From: Octopus vulgaris
Lineage: Eukaryota
Assembly (NCBI GenBank): GCA_951406725.2
Contig: OX597821.1
Coordinates: 93,868,001-93,932,000 of the forward strand
Direction of reading: 5' to 3'
DNA length: 64,000 nucleotides
The position numbers were made by a program, and so were the translations under genes. Below are positions 13,022 through 27,231 of the stretch, in pieces. The notes beneath the pieces are model-generated. The model was not told where the DNA came from. It did no database searches and was given only the letters and a program-made list of their open reading frames with translations. The stretch's first letter is position 1. The number at the start of each line of letters is the position of its first letter.

Positions 13022-13243
13022 ATTTCTTTATTGCCCACAAGGGGCTAAACATAGAGGGGACAAACAAGGACAGACGAACGGATTAAGTCAATTACATCGA
13101 CTCCAGTGCGTAACTGGTACTTAATTTATCTACCCCGAAAGGATGAAAGGCAAAGTCGACATCAGCGGAATTTGAACTCAGAACGTAACGGCAGATGAAA
13201 TACGGCTACGCATTTCGCCCGGCGTGCTAACGATTCTGCCAGC
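13022..13243 (-). mobile_element. SINE family B with TSD TCACATTAATA
   Basis: Reverse complement of consensus; direct repeat on both flanks. Confidence 0.88.
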
Positions 13244-14291
13244 TCACATTAATAAAGGTATTGTTTGTCACATTAATAAAGGTGGTGTTTGTCACATTAG
13301 TAAATGTGTTGTTTGTTACCACATCAATAATGAGTTTTAGCTTCTGCATCAGCAAATAAAGTGACTGTTTTGTAGCTCTTGTTGTTGTTGTTGTTACAGT
13401 TTGTAAAAGTGGTGGTTTCAAATGTAAACGTCTACAAATTTTGGTATATCAGTTTCTGTTCCCACTTTTATTTAGGACTGGTCATCCACTCAAAATTATC
13501 AAGTCATAATCACCTGATATTTCCCAACAAATATTGGTATTTGTTATAAATTAGTCAAAGAAAGAAAGAAGAGGAGCCGAGTTCATGACCTTTACAGCCC
13601 TCTCTGATACTAACAATCTGTATATGAATATATCCATATGATTTTGGACCATATTGCTCCACCCAAGTAGGAACAAAGAGAAATAAAAAGCCATAGTTGG
13701 TATTCACCTGTCTATCCTGCACAGTGATGAAAAATCATAATCATTGTATCTACCCCCATCCCTACACCAAATCAAGGATATTTTTGTATTTAATCTCTGA
13801 ATTTCTTAAGTGTTTCACCTCTAATTTCTGGTGTCTTCAGATAGTATTTCATTGATTAATAAATCACTTATTTTTATTAATTGTTGAACTCGTGTTCTAC
13901 ATTTAACTGTAGAACACATGTTCTATAGTTAAGCACATTTTTCAGTGGTAAAACTAAATATGGTTTTGCATACAGATTGAATTAATTTGCTCCATGGTGC
14001 ATTACATAAATATGTCACTCTATGTTTACTTAATTAAATTGCCAAATTAATGGCAGGCTTCTGTTGGCTAAATTAAAGCTGATAAAAATCCCAACCAGAT
14101 AAAAAATCTAAATTGCAATTCTATAGTTGTTCAACGTTTTGCTTCTGTTTTGATTGTGGTTTTCAAATTCTAATGTTTCTGCACAGCAAACTTTTATTTT
14201 ATTTTTATTATTCAACTCTTTTTCTTACTATTATTTCTGTTGTCTACTTTTATCATTCTCATTTCACCGTTTTACCCTCCTCCATCTTTAA

Positions 14292-14511
14292 CCCTTTCGT
14301 TACTGTATTTCTGTTGAGATGCTCTGAGTTTCTTTCAATTACTTTAAATATAACAAAGAATTTAGTAAAATAACTTAGTTATCATTCAGCTAGTGTTAGG
14401 AACATAAATTGTGACTAAGGTTTGGTGAAAGATTTTAATTCAGAACTTATGAAAACAAGACATTTGTACTCAGAGCCAGAGCTGGTTTCAGCCGGGTTGG
14501 TAATGAAAGGG
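14292..14511. mobile_element. piggyBac-like MITE family 1
   Basis: TTAA TSD on both sides, TIRs CCCTTTCGTTAC / GTAATGAAAGGG. Other copies at 24615-24833 and 45971-46191. Confidence 0.85.
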
Positions 14512-15487
14512 TTAAAATAGGTGGCCACTGTTGTGCAAAGTAGCCTTCCATTAGCCATAGCTCTAAAGCTTCTACGTTTCACTACATTAAAGTACTGTTG
14601 TTAGCCTTAAGATCTGTTCAGGATATCTATTTGCTGCTTTCTTGTCCACTGAAAATTACTTTACCTGCAATATGATTCTCATCACAAGAGATGCTATATG
14701 TTTATTGTCCTTCCCCTAATAATTACATTCCAGAGAGTTCAGTCTTTAGGTATTGCCTCTGGTTTTTAAAACAAACTAATGCCTCAAAAGTTAGCTATTT
14801 TTTTGCTACAAATTCACCTGTCTTCAGTTATGTCAACTATACTGAGTTGAACATAGCTCAATTGTGGTAGTGACCACAAAAGAGAGATCAGGCTACTGTG
14901 TGTGTGTGTGTGTGTGTGTGTGGCTTTCTTTGTGTATGTGCTTATGTATTTAATTTAGGTGCAAGTGTGGTTGTATGGCACCTTGGACAAGTATCTTCTA
15001 CTACAGCTTCAGGGTAACCAATGCCTTGTGCAAGGATTTGGTAGACAGAAACCCAAAGAAACTCATCATATGTATGTGTATGTGTGTGTTACTGTCTCTT
15101 TGCCTTAACTTCATGTAATAGCTGTAAACAAATGTCACCATCATGCAAGCACTGCCCTTCATTTCAAATCTTCTGTGTAAACATGTCCAGTCGTAGGAAA
15201 TATTACCTTACTTGGAAGTAAATGAGGGTTGGTGACAGGAAGGGCATCCGGCCATAGAAAATCTACTTTGACAAATTCCCTTCGACTCCTGCAAGCATAG
15301 AAAAATGAATGTTAAACAACGATGATGATGACATGTACACACATAAAAATACATATCCTTTTAATCTAATCTGCCAGTCTTTCTTTATACCCCTTTAATT
15401 TCTTATTTGATTATCCATTCACCAGTTTAACTGTTGGCTACTCAGATTTTCTTGTTGCCCATCTTGTGTTGCCTGAAGATTAGGTAT

Positions 15488-15893
15488 ACTCTTTTACTCT
15501 TTTAATTGTTTCAGTCATTTGACTGCGGCCATGCTGGAGCACTGCCTTTTAATCGAGCAAATCGACCCCGGGACTTATTCTTTTGTAAGCCCAGTACTTA
15601 TTCTATTGGCCTCTTTTGCCGAACCGCTAAGTAACGGGGACACACCAGCATCGGTTGTCAAGCAATGCTAGGGGGACAAACACAGACATACAAACACACA
15701 CACACACGCATATATATATGTACATATATACGATGGGCTTCTTTCAGTTTCCGTCTACCAAATCCACTCACAAGGCTTTGGTCGGCCCGAGGCTATAGTA
15801 GAAGACACTTGCCCAAGGTGCCACGCAGTGGGACTGAACCCAGAACCATGTGGTTGGTAAACAAGCTACTTACCACACATCCACTCCTGTACC
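15488..15893 (-). mobile_element. SINE family A
   Basis: Reverse complement of consensus. Confidence 0.9.
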
Positions 15894-16369
15894 TATGAAC
15901 AGTTATTCACACATTCTCACCTTTGAGTTTATATTATTCCACTCTAACAATAGAGCCGACTATCTTTTGTTTAGGTGCATATCACACCAGTGTGATATCA
16001 TCGTCTGTTGTATACACATATATCCAGCCAGGCAGCTTATATCTCTAAACTAGCTAACTTGTCTGTCTATATCTGCTTTTATATGTAGTCATCTAGAAGG
16101 CTGTCTATCTTGTCTGTGGCTGTCTATCTTGTCTGTGGTTGTCTATCTAGTTGTTCATCTCTCTCTAACCAGCTGTTTGTCAGCCCATCTGACTTCCCTG
16201 GCTGTTTTTGCTTTGATACCTGGAAATTTGCTTGTCTGTCTGTCTGTCACTACACTTCACCTTTCTAACTGTATATCTGTCTTTCAATTTTTCTCTATGT
16301 CTATCTCATTCTCCATTTACCTTTCTACCTATCCACTGCCTCCCTCCTTTTTCAGTTCATCACTCTGTC

Positions 16370-16396
16370 TGTCTGTCCATCTATTTTATCTATCTG

Positions 16397-16435
<39 letters not shown>

Positions 16436-16540
16436 GTCTATCTGTCTCTCTCTCTCCTCTCTCTCTCTCCTCTCTCTCTCCCCTCTCTCTCCCTCTTTCC
16501 TCTATCTCCCCTTTCTCTCCCTCCCTCTCCCATCTCTCTC

Positions 16541-16573
<33 letters not shown>

Positions 16574-16725
16574 AATTTATCTGTTTGTCCTATCTGTCTG
16601 TCTCTGCCTATTTATCTCTCTGTCTGTTTCTCTGTTTCTCTCTATCCCCCTTTCTCTCCCTCTCTCTCATCTATCTATCTATCTGTCTACCTCTATTGTT
16701 TACCTATCTGTCTCTTTCTCCCTCC

Positions 16726-16759
<34 letters not shown>

Positions 16760-16840
16760 ATGTCTATCTATTTATTTATTTATGCACACATACTTGCATA
16801 CATCAAACCAACCAACCAACCAACCAACCAATCAACCAAG
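16370..16840. repeat. Compound (CTAT)n/(CT)n/(CCAA)n microsatellite
   Basis: Direct inspection. Confidence 0.95.
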
Positions 16841-17456
16841 CTAAGGGCTTAGATTCGCAAAGTTAATAAGTGAGCTAACACAATCCTTTAGGGAGTAATT
16901 TAACTGCAAACCTGAAAATATGAACAGCTCTTCCTTTCCTGTTCTTTCCCCCCGAAATGCTCTCCCCTGTTTTTTTCTGTTAACTTCACACCTGGCTTCT
17001 TCATCCCTTTCTCCCCATGCTCCTTGTTTGTCAGAAACCCAACCTCTGCTGTCCCCTTTTTTTTTTCCCATCACTGATGCCAAACCAACAGGCATGGCAT
17101 GTTATGGCTGATAATACCATAGTCTTCTCAATAAATTGCATGTGCATACACATACGCATACACATTTATATACACATACACATATGTATATACTCAGTAT
17201 TTTAGCATTCACATCCTCAGAATACAATTGTGTTACATACATCCACAAACACTTATACATATGTTCTCGTATACACACATGCATTAATAGTCTTAGTGTA
17301 TAATATTTATACACATTCATAGCCTTAGAAGACAGTATATATTTACACACACACACATTCATTTCTATATGATTCAACAAAATGAATATATAAATGTATT
17401 CTTTTATTGTTTTACTTGTTTCAGTCATGTGACTGTGGCCATGCTGGAGCACCACC

Positions 17457-17505
<49 letters not shown>

Positions 17506-17601
17506 ATAACAAAGGGTGAAATTAATTAATTAAGAAGTAATCAGTAATTTCCCCAAGTAGAATTCAGCGTGTAAAAGACCAATTCATGGTAAGTTTTAGT
17601 A

Positions 17602-17667
17602 ATACTAAATAATTAGGGTTCAGCAACGATTTGAGGCAAATCGTTGCTGAACCTAATTATTTAGTAT
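17602..17667. repeat. Inverted repeat, about 31-bp arms, 3-nt loop
   Basis: ATACTAAATAATTAGG(G)TTCAGCAACGATTTG-agg-CAAATCGTTGCTGAACCTAATTATTTAGTAT. Confidence 0.92.
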
Positions 17668-18426
17668 ATAGATAGATAGATAGATAGATAGATAAAGAGA
17701 GAGATAAATAATATGGGTAGCTAATTCGCAATTTTACAACCTAAAGGCAGAAATATGTGCATCACGAAAGTGACAAAGGACACTAATCAGCACCGGTATT
17801 GCTAGAAATAAGAGTCAAAACAATTCAATAGCCACAGAAGCACCATCTTAATGATGGACAAGGGACGCTTTAGTGATGTATATATATATATATATATATA
17901 TATTGATGCAGCCTTCCAGCTTATCAGCCCCGGTCAAACCGTCCGACCCATGCCGGCATGGACAACGGACGTTAAATGATGATGATGATGATGATAATGA
18001 TACACACACACACATATATATATTTACATACATATATACAAATGAATTCACACAGACACAGATGCACACATACACTCAGTTGCATACACATGCATATGCA
18101 CACATGTATGTGCATACAAACACGCACACACACCGCTGATGCAGCTGCTTTAATTGTTTCCAGGTTATCCTTCTCCTCCTGAAATAATCAGCATCTTTTT
18201 GAATATATTGCCTTAAAATGGCAACCCTACTTGGATTGAGTCACATCTACAATATGCATGCATCTTTTTGTTTTTTTCTATGACATATATATATATCAGA
18301 GGGAGAGAGAGAGAAGTGTGTATATGTGTGTGCACACACACAAGCACGTGTCTACAGAAGTCATCAAATGCACTAGTTCATCCAATTTCTTCAAGTACAT
18401 TCACTCGCAACTCACCCCCACTTCTC

Positions 18427-18438
18427 CACACACACACA

Positions 18439-18512
<74 letters not shown>
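18427..18512. repeat. (CA)n microsatellite
   Basis: Direct inspection. Confidence 0.97.
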
Positions 18513-19511
18513 TACCAGCCTGCCAAGACTTAAAATCCAGGCTTCCATTCTTTCAATTCCTTTGCTACTCTAACTAGAATGGTATCCCCTTCATTCCACA
18601 TCCTCTGCCAAACAACACAGCATGGAACATATTGATTGGTTACTGATAACATCATCATCGTCGTCATCTCCGTCATCATTACCATCTAAACCACATTGCT
18701 ATCATCATCATCATCATCACTATCATTTCACCACCACCACTGCCTGTATTGCTATCATCTTCATCATCTCCACTATCATCTGTACTATCAATTTTTCCAT
18801 CATTACTACCAGCCTATTCCCCATTATTATCACTATCACATCATCATCTTCAACATTGAGAGAAAACTCTACATAGTTGCCTGATCTGCTAGAAAGTGCA
18901 ACCAAATCTCTCTTGACTTACATCCCATCATCTTAAAATCTTAAAAACAAAAGGACACATTGGATAATGTAATCCTAGATACACTATGAAAAAAAACAAA
19001 CAAAACCAGATGGCTGAGATATCATAGTTGGAATACCTTACATCATAGGTCTGTACAGTTAGGGAAGATTTGGCGTGAAACAACACCATCACCATCATCA
19101 TCATCATCATCATCGTTTAGCGTCCGCTTTCCATGCTAGCATGGGTTGGACGGTTCAACTGGGGTCTGGGAAGCCAGAAGGCTGCACCAGGCCCAGTCTG
19201 ATCTGGTAATGTTTCTACGGCTGGATGCCCCAGCACCATTGCCACCATCATCTTCTGATCATCATCACCATCACTAATGAGCCACCATTCCTCATGTGTT
19301 CGATCTACCTGCTAGAAATAGCATCCAAATTTCCCTCAGATCACACCCTAATTGCTTTAAGGGCAAAGAATTGGCTATTGTAGTTGTAGATATCCCAATT
19401 GGATACATTGGGATATTGTAGTTGTACATATCCCCAAAAAGATTGCTCAAATACCTTTGATCATAATATCAATCAGAATTTTAATTTGCAGTTAAAGAGC
19501 AATATTCTTAT

Positions 19512-19925
19512 TTACTCTTTTACTTGTTTCAGTCATTTGACTGCGGCCATGCTGGAGCACCGCCTTTAATTGAGCAAATCGACCCTGGGACTTATTCTTT
19601 GTAAGCCCTGTACTTATTCTATCGGCCTCTTTTGCCGAACCGCTAAGTGACGGAGACGTAAACACACCATCATCGGTTGTCAAGCAATGCTAGAGGGACA
19701 AACACAGACACACAAACATATACACACACATACAAATATATATATATATATACATATATACGACAGGCTTCTTTCAGTTTCCGTCTACCAAATCCACTCA
19801 CAAGGCTTTGGTCGGCCCGAGGTTATAGCAGAAGACACTTGCCCAAGATGCCACACAGTGGGACTGAACCCAGAACCATGTGGTTGGTTAGCAAGCTACT
19901 TACCATACAGCCACTCCTGCGCCTA
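19512..19925 (-). mobile_element. SINE family A
   Basis: Reverse complement of consensus. Confidence 0.9.
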
Positions 19926-21359
19926 TTCTATAATATTCATTACAAGAAACCACAGCAAGCAACCACAGAACCATCGCACCCTATTTTCTGGTTTTCTGGG
20001 CCAGACTGTGGTGTTTATCACTGAATATTTCTGTGTATCTCGACATGTAGTATTGTCATCAGATGTGTAATTCTCCCTCTACAACTGTCTATTTAATTCT
20101 CTCTCTTTCTAGCTGACTGTGTAAACTTCTTTGCGTAGATATCTATTATATCTGATGTAGATGTCTATATAGTTTCCCTGGATAATTTTGTGTGTTATTC
20201 CCTGTGTAGTTTCCTGTATAAACTATCTGACTCTATCTCTCAGCATATCTTCTCTATACAGCTGACTATACACTTCTTGCTCTGCGTAGCTTGTCTGTGT
20301 AAGCCTGTCTGTTTGTTTGTCTAGTGGGGTAATTCTCTGCATAACTATTTGTATAACTGCCAGAATAATGAATTCTCTGTTCCTTAGGCAATACTAACGT
20401 GTTTAGTTTTGTATTGAACTGATAATTGCCAATACAAACCACCGCTATTGTGTTAAATTCTTGTGTGCAGTGCTGCTTTTGTAAGTGTGGCAAAGTCTTG
20501 TGTGTATGTATGTGTGTTTATATAGTTGTATACCCTATAGAAAAGACAGACAAGCAACTATAGGAAGAAGCAGTGAGGTCTAATCTCAGGAATGCTAGAA
20601 CCTAGAAAAAGGATGACAAAGGATCACAAGAGGAGACACTATACTGAAAAAGAGTAATCTAACCTATGCCACTTTAGAATAATGAAAGTAAAAATGACGA
20701 TGATGGTAATAATGTAAATGTGTATGTATGTGTGTGTGTACCTGTCTTTTTCTCTCTCTCTCTCCTTCTCTCTCTCTCTCTTTCTCTCTCTCTCTCCTTC
20801 TCTCTCTCTTTATATATATATATATATATTGGCATTAGGAAGGGCATCCAGATATAGAAACCGTGCCAAATCAGACTGGAGTCTGGTGCAGCACCTCAGC
20901 ATACCAGCCCTGGTCAAACTGTCCAATCCATGCCAGTATGGACGACAGACGTTAAATGATGATGATGATGGTGATTCTGTTGTATGATGCCAAGCATGCA
21001 TATTAATGCAAACACATAAGCATCATTTGTTCCACAGTGAAATTTTTATTACACAAATAAGTTTACGAAACAGCTGTAATCCTAAGGATGTCATGTGGTT
21101 AAATAACTATATATTCACCACTCTTAGCTCCTAACTTTTATGGTTTATTCTACATATATCATCCACCTTCCATGCTGGCATGGGATGAACAGTTTGACAG
21201 GCACATAAATATATACACTATTCTAATAGAAGAAACACACTCTTCATTCCCTTCCTTTTGGTCAACTTCCTCCCACCCCACTGGAACCACTTCCATTTCT
21301 CATTATCTTCCCTGCCCAATATTTCCACCAATCACTTCCTTTCTGTGCTTTCAGTCATT

Positions 21360-21484
<125 letters not shown>

Positions 21485-22584
21485 TATACTCTGTCCTTAA
21501 CACCTCTCTTATCTACTATCACTTTCAATATCCTCACATATCTACCATAGAACCCCTCTTAGCGGCTCCTATATTTCTCACCATCTCTTGTATACTCACC
21601 CCTATTCCATCTCTAACCATCTCTCCTCACACACTTATAAACTTTCCCCTCTCTACCCCACTCCTGTCTACTCACCCTGTCCAGTTCTTTGTACTGCTTG
21701 ACTTATATTCACCTCTCACTGTGCCTTTAGGTACACATCTCCATCACCATCTCTGTCTGTTTGTCTCTTTTCTAGTTGGAGTAGCCATGTATCTTCACTG
21801 CAGCAAAATACCACCTCTATCCCTCTTATAATTTAATCTCTCATCAACTGGCACAAAGCCACTTCCCTCAGTACTGTTCCCAGGCTCCCAGGCTAGGAGT
21901 CTTTGTCTTGCAAGTTACTTAGTGACCCTGTTGGTGCTAGTGCCATGTAAAAAGAACCCAGCACCCTCTGTAAAGTGGTTGACATTAGGAAAGGCATCCT
22001 GCCATAGAAACCATGCCAAAGCAGACGGTAGAGATTGCTGTAGTCATTTGGCTTCCCTGCTCCTGTCAAACTGTCCAACTCATACCAGCATGGAAAACGG
22101 ATGTTAAACAATGATGATGATATATACAAGGTTTTCCTCTCAAATTTGAAATTGTCAACCTCAACCTAGTGAGTGTCACCCTCAAATTTGTCACATTCTC
22201 AGTTTCATGAGTTTAATGTCAATCTCAGTTATGTTGTTGTTTACCTCAATTTCATCATTGTCCACTTAAATCTTGTCACTGTAGAACAGAGCAAATTGTT
22301 TTTATGAACAGGATTACAAGTTTTGTATAATATAAATTGTTGGCAGAAGACATTTGCCAAACGTGTTGTGCAGTAGGATAGGAACCCAAACCATGTAGCT
22401 GCAAAAAGAGCTTTGATGTTAGGAAGGGCATCCAGCTGTAGAAACATTGCCAGATTAGAATGGAGTCTGGTACAACCTACTGGCTTGCCAGTCCTCAATC
22501 AAACCGCCCAACCCATGCCAGTATGGAAAGCAGACGTTAAACAATGATGATAATGATGAAGCTCACAATAAATAAACAGTCTGT

Positions 22585-23001
22585 AGGCGCAGGAGTGGCT
22601 GTGTGGTAAGTAGCTTGCTTACCAACCACATGGTTCCGAGTTCAGTCCCACTGTGTAGCACCTTAGGCAAGTGTCTCCTACTTATAGCCTCGGGCCGACC
22701 AAAGCATTGTGAGTGGATTTGGTAGACGGAAACTGATAGAAACCCGTCGTATATATGTATATGTATATATATATGTGTGTGTTTGTGTGTTTTTATGTCT
22801 GTGTTTGTCCCCCTAGCATTGCTTGACAACCGATGCTGGTGTGTTTACGTCTCCATAACTTAGCGGTTCGGCAAAAGAGACTGATAGAATAAGTACTAGG
22901 CTTACAAAGAATAAGTCCCGGGGTCGATTTGCTCGACTAAAGGCGGTGCTCCAGCATGGCCACAGTCAAATGACTGAAACAAGTAAAAGAGTAAAAAGAG
23001 T
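22585..23001 (+). mobile_element. tRNA-derived SINE family A, full length
   Basis: GGCGCAGGAGTGGCTGTGTGGTAAG (A box), GTTC(C)G.GTTCAGTCCC (B box), internal (TA)/(TG) tract, tail (AGTAAAAG)n. Confidence 0.9.
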
Positions 23002-23081
23002 TGTTTATTCATGAATACAGTGTTCTTACATCTATGTGTATGTCACTGTGTAGTTGTGTTGATGTATGTTGTCTGTATAAC

Positions 23082-23113
<32 letters not shown>

Positions 23114-23874
23114 AGCATTGTTTATATAACTGTATGTCTTAGTAGTTTGTTTTAGTATATGAATGTGTGTTGTTTGTACACCTGGTTTTGTGTGTCTGTG
23201 ATTGTAGTTGTTTGCCTTCTGTGTGTGTGTGTGTGTTTGTGTTTCTGTGTATCCTGTCTAGCTGTGTGCATGTCTGTGTGGTTGTTAATGTGTATATCTT
23301 TTTGTGTAGTGAAACTCCCTTTGTCTTTTGTAGCTCTTTGTGTGTGTGTGTGTGTGTGTATGTGTGCGCGCTTCCACACCAAATTATCTGTCTGGAATCT
23401 GTATAGGCTATGTGTTAGTATGTCACTGTAACCCCCATTGTATGTGACTTACTGTACCTTATGTTTTGTATTAGGATTTCTCAGCAGAGCCAATACCTTC
23501 TTTTATCTGCTTCTTCCTATCAGAAGAATCTCTACAATCAGTGGTGACACACTACATCTCCTGTCTCTCCCCCACCTTTCCTTCTGCTGTCTCCTTCTCC
23601 CCTTCCCCATTATTCTGCTTCTTAGTTCTCTTCCAAGATCTTCTAGCATACACATCAAACTAGACTTCCCACTCCACCCTGTTTGCTACTTCTGTTTTGG
23701 GTTCGTCCCAGAGCCCCCTTACGTTAATGAATGAATCGAGTGTGTTATGAACACATATTCGTCTGAAAGGAGTTGTTCTCCTTGACGAAATACAACAGTG
23801 ATCAGCGTAGTTGCTTTTGAATCTGTTGGAATGTATTACTAACGAATATACTCTTTCTATCTCTTTAGTTGAAA

Positions 23875-24270
23875 CTAGCAGTATCGCCCGGCGTTGCTCG
23901 GATTTGTAAGGGAAATAACTATATAAGCATTTTTTGAGAGTTATAGCCAAAAAATAGCAAAAATATGCATTAAAAATGGAAAAAAAATTATGGTAAATTT
24001 TTTTTAAATCGTTGACTCATCGTAGACATTTTTAGAGAGTTACTTCCCTTATATAATAGCGAAAAATGCATTAAAATGGAAAAAAATGATGGTAAATTTT
24101 TTTTTAAATCGTAGAATCATCGTAGACGCGCGCTAATACCCAGAAGGGCTCGATATGAATCACGACTATAAGATACCCGGTTTTGGTTAAACTGCACCGC
24201 AAAATGCGGGAGTAGTTAGGAATCTAAATCGAAGGGGACAGACACACAACCTCTCTTTTAAATATAAAGA
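23875..24270 (-). mobile_element. Non-autonomous Helitron, same family, with internal tandem duplication
   Basis: Same termini (CTAGCAGTATCGCCCGGCGTTGCTCGG...ATAAAGA), A|T target, shared body with 4648-5121. Confidence 0.8.
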
Positions 24271-24614
24271 TTAAACGTTAATTCTTTTCTCTTTTTTTTT
24301 TATTTATTCTGTTTGACAGAGAAGGAGGAGAGTTAGTGAATCAATAGCTTTATATTAACTAGAAGCATTGACCCTTTAGCATTTAAACTGGCCATATCTG
24401 GCCAAAATAATATACCTGTTTTATGTTCAAACTGTCCACATTTGGTGTCTCACAGCAGCCTATAATATCATTCTGAAAATATGGGATCAAATCGTCGAAA
24501 TCTTAACTCAAAACAATATGGATAGATAAGCATTACGTTTGATAGAATAATCTGAATGCTAAAGGATTAAGTGTGGTGCCCCAGCACAGCCACAGTCTGA
24601 AAACTGAAACACAT

Positions 24615-24833
24615 CTTTCGATACCAACCTGGCTGAAACTGCCTCTGTCTCTGTAGTTCAAATGTCTTGTTTGTATAAGTTTTGAATTAAAATCTTCCAC
24701 CAAACCTTAGTCATAATTTATGTTCCTAACACTAGCTTAATGATAACTAAGTTATTTTACTAAATTATTTGTTATGATTAAAATAATTGAAAGAAACATG
24801 GAGCATCTCAAAATAAATACAGTAACGAAAAGG
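24615..24833. mobile_element. piggyBac-like MITE family 1 (left end eroded)
   Basis: Colinear with 45971-46191. Confidence 0.75.
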
Positions 24834-25227
24834 TTAAAGATACATGCATTTTGGTGAGAAAAATAGAAGAATAAGCATTTGATGCATGTAGTAGCAGAGT
24901 TATTTCTTCTTTGAATTTAATAATTGACTGGCTGTCAGAATTTCTGTATACAGGTGACCTAGTTCTCAGAGTTGAAATAGTCAAAAAATTAAAGGAGGAT
25001 CTAGAAGCCTGAATCTCAATTTAACAGAGATGGTTATTAATAAGAAGGGAAACAAAATATAATTATCATCAAGGAAGTGGCTATGCTCAGTATGCAGATA
25101 GAGAGTAGATTGAAACAAATAAATCATGTATCTGAACAATAAGTACAAAACAATTATTACACAAAATGTGCAGTAGGATATCAGGCAGACTGGCAGAAAG
25201 GGATTTCATATTTAGATGCTCAGAAAT

Positions 25228-25610
25228 AGGTGCAGGAGTGGCTGTGTGGTAAGTAACTTGCTTACCAACCACATGGTTCCGGGTTCAGTCCCACTGCGTG
25301 GCACCTTGAGCAAGTGTCTTCTACTATAGCCTCAGGCTGACCAAAACCTTGTGAGTGGATTATTTGGTAGACAGAAACTGAAAGAAGCCTGTCATATATA
25401 TATGTATGTATGTGTATCTATGTTTGTCCCCCAACATCACTTGACAACCGATGCTGGTGTGTTTACGTCCCCGTAACTTAGCGGTTCAGCAAAAGAGACT
25501 GATAGAATAAGTAATGGGCTTACAAAGAATAAGTCTTGATGTCAATTTGCTTCACTAAAGGTGGTGCTCCAGCATGGCCGCAGTCAAATGACTGAAACAA
25601 GTAAAAGAGA
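25228..25610 (+). mobile_element. SINE family A
   Basis: Colinear with consensus. Confidence 0.9.
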
Positions 25611-27231
25611 AATAGTTAGCCATAAGAACCCTGCCTAATTAATTATTTTAACTGTCGAAAAGGCTTGTTATAATTAGCTAACTTCTGTTACCTTGATTGA
25701 CCTAATCAGCTGTGGAGTTTGGTGTTGCAGATGTACAGTAGCCAGAATAAAAATGGGGGTGGAAAAATTTCAAGGAGACCATTTTTGTTGATAACAAAGG
25801 GGCTGTTTCTATGAAGGAAAAGCAGACTATTATACTTGGATACAAAGTTCACTGTTGTAATGTTATGAAGTGAGAAATGGGCACTGAATGTGAAGAATGT
25901 GCTAAGGCTGATAAAAATGTGGAAGCAATTTTTGCTGGATGTGTAATGTCAGCATAAAATGATGCAGCTTAATGGTGGTGAGCGGAAACCTGGTATTTGA
26001 AGTAGTGCACAATAGGAGGATGTGAAGCATATGAAGAAATGATAGTTGAGGGGAAAAAGTGTCAAATGATGCAAGAAGAAGGAAACCGGAGGGGACAACT
26101 GTAGGAGACATCAGAACTAAGAGCTGATCTATGGATGCTGGATTTTACAGAGATGATATAAGACTTGGATGAGAGAAGATTAGACTATATTGAAACCTGC
26201 CAGTGACACATAAAAAGGCACTTGTGCCAGTGACACATAAAAGGCACCCATGCCTGTGACATGTAAGAGACATCCAGTACACCCTGTATAGTGGTTAGCG
26301 TTAGGCTGCACATCCAGGTGCAGAATCCAAACCAAAACAGACTTGAGCCTGGTGCAGCTCTCTAGCTTACCCAGTCAAACCGTCTAACCCATGCCAGCAT
26401 GGAAATGGATGCTGAATTATGATGAGGACGATGATCCTCCAAATTAAAGCATTGAACAAAATTTGTTCTGACTCCTTACATTCTGCATTCAAATCCTACC
26501 AAGGTTAATTTTGCCTTTTGTTCTTCAGAATTGTTAAAATAAAGAACCAGTTGGTATAACTGGTTGACCCCGCTCCCTTCAAAATTACTAACCTTGTGCC
26601 ACAATTTGAAACAATATTTTCACCGAAGACTGGGTTTTAGAATTAAAAACATTGTTAAAAGGCCATCCCATCTTTCACTGTTGCTTTATATTCAATTACT
26701 ACCTACCAAGATCCCATTTTTTCCAAAGAGTATAAAAAATTGTTTTCTAACTGTTTTTTTACTCTTTTTTAACTATATTTATTCATGGGTAAACCACACT
26801 ATTTTATATTTGACTTAGCTAAAAAATCTGGGTTGTGACTTATACATGGAATGAAGCTAAAACTGTGATGGGGAAAATGTTTTTACTAAGATTTAACAAT
26901 AAATTAGGGGTGTGACTTACACACAAATGCAATACATGTAAATATGGTAAATGTTTCTTAATATATATTTTTTATTAGAATATAGATATCTCAGAATATT
27001 TTGAAAATAAGAATTTCGTTTGTAACTACATGTGATGTTTATCTCCCTTTTCTGTAAATCAAAATATTTGTTGCTATTTTGTCAGTTTACTTTCTACAGC
27101 TCTGCATGTGTGTGTGGTCTGTTTCTCCATTCATCTATCTGTCTGCGCACTATCCATTCTTCTATCCATTTATCTATCCATCTTTCTGTCTAGCTATTCT
27201 TTGTCTCCCTATCTATACCTCTACCCATCTA

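Noticed and set aside
16841-16875. LRA*IRKVN(K)|gtgagc resembling the DOCK first-exon motif RAFAxKINR with a phase-2 donor
   Set aside because: In-frame TAG, no ATG and no acceptor tract.
20010-20070. CUGAUGA...GAAA on the minus strand (hammerhead-like words)
   Set aside because: No stem II pairing next to the core and no convincing stem I or III.
22585-22660. tRNA-like heads of SINE families
   Set aside because: A/B boxes only, no full cloverleaf, and contiguous with SINE bodies; not tRNA genes.
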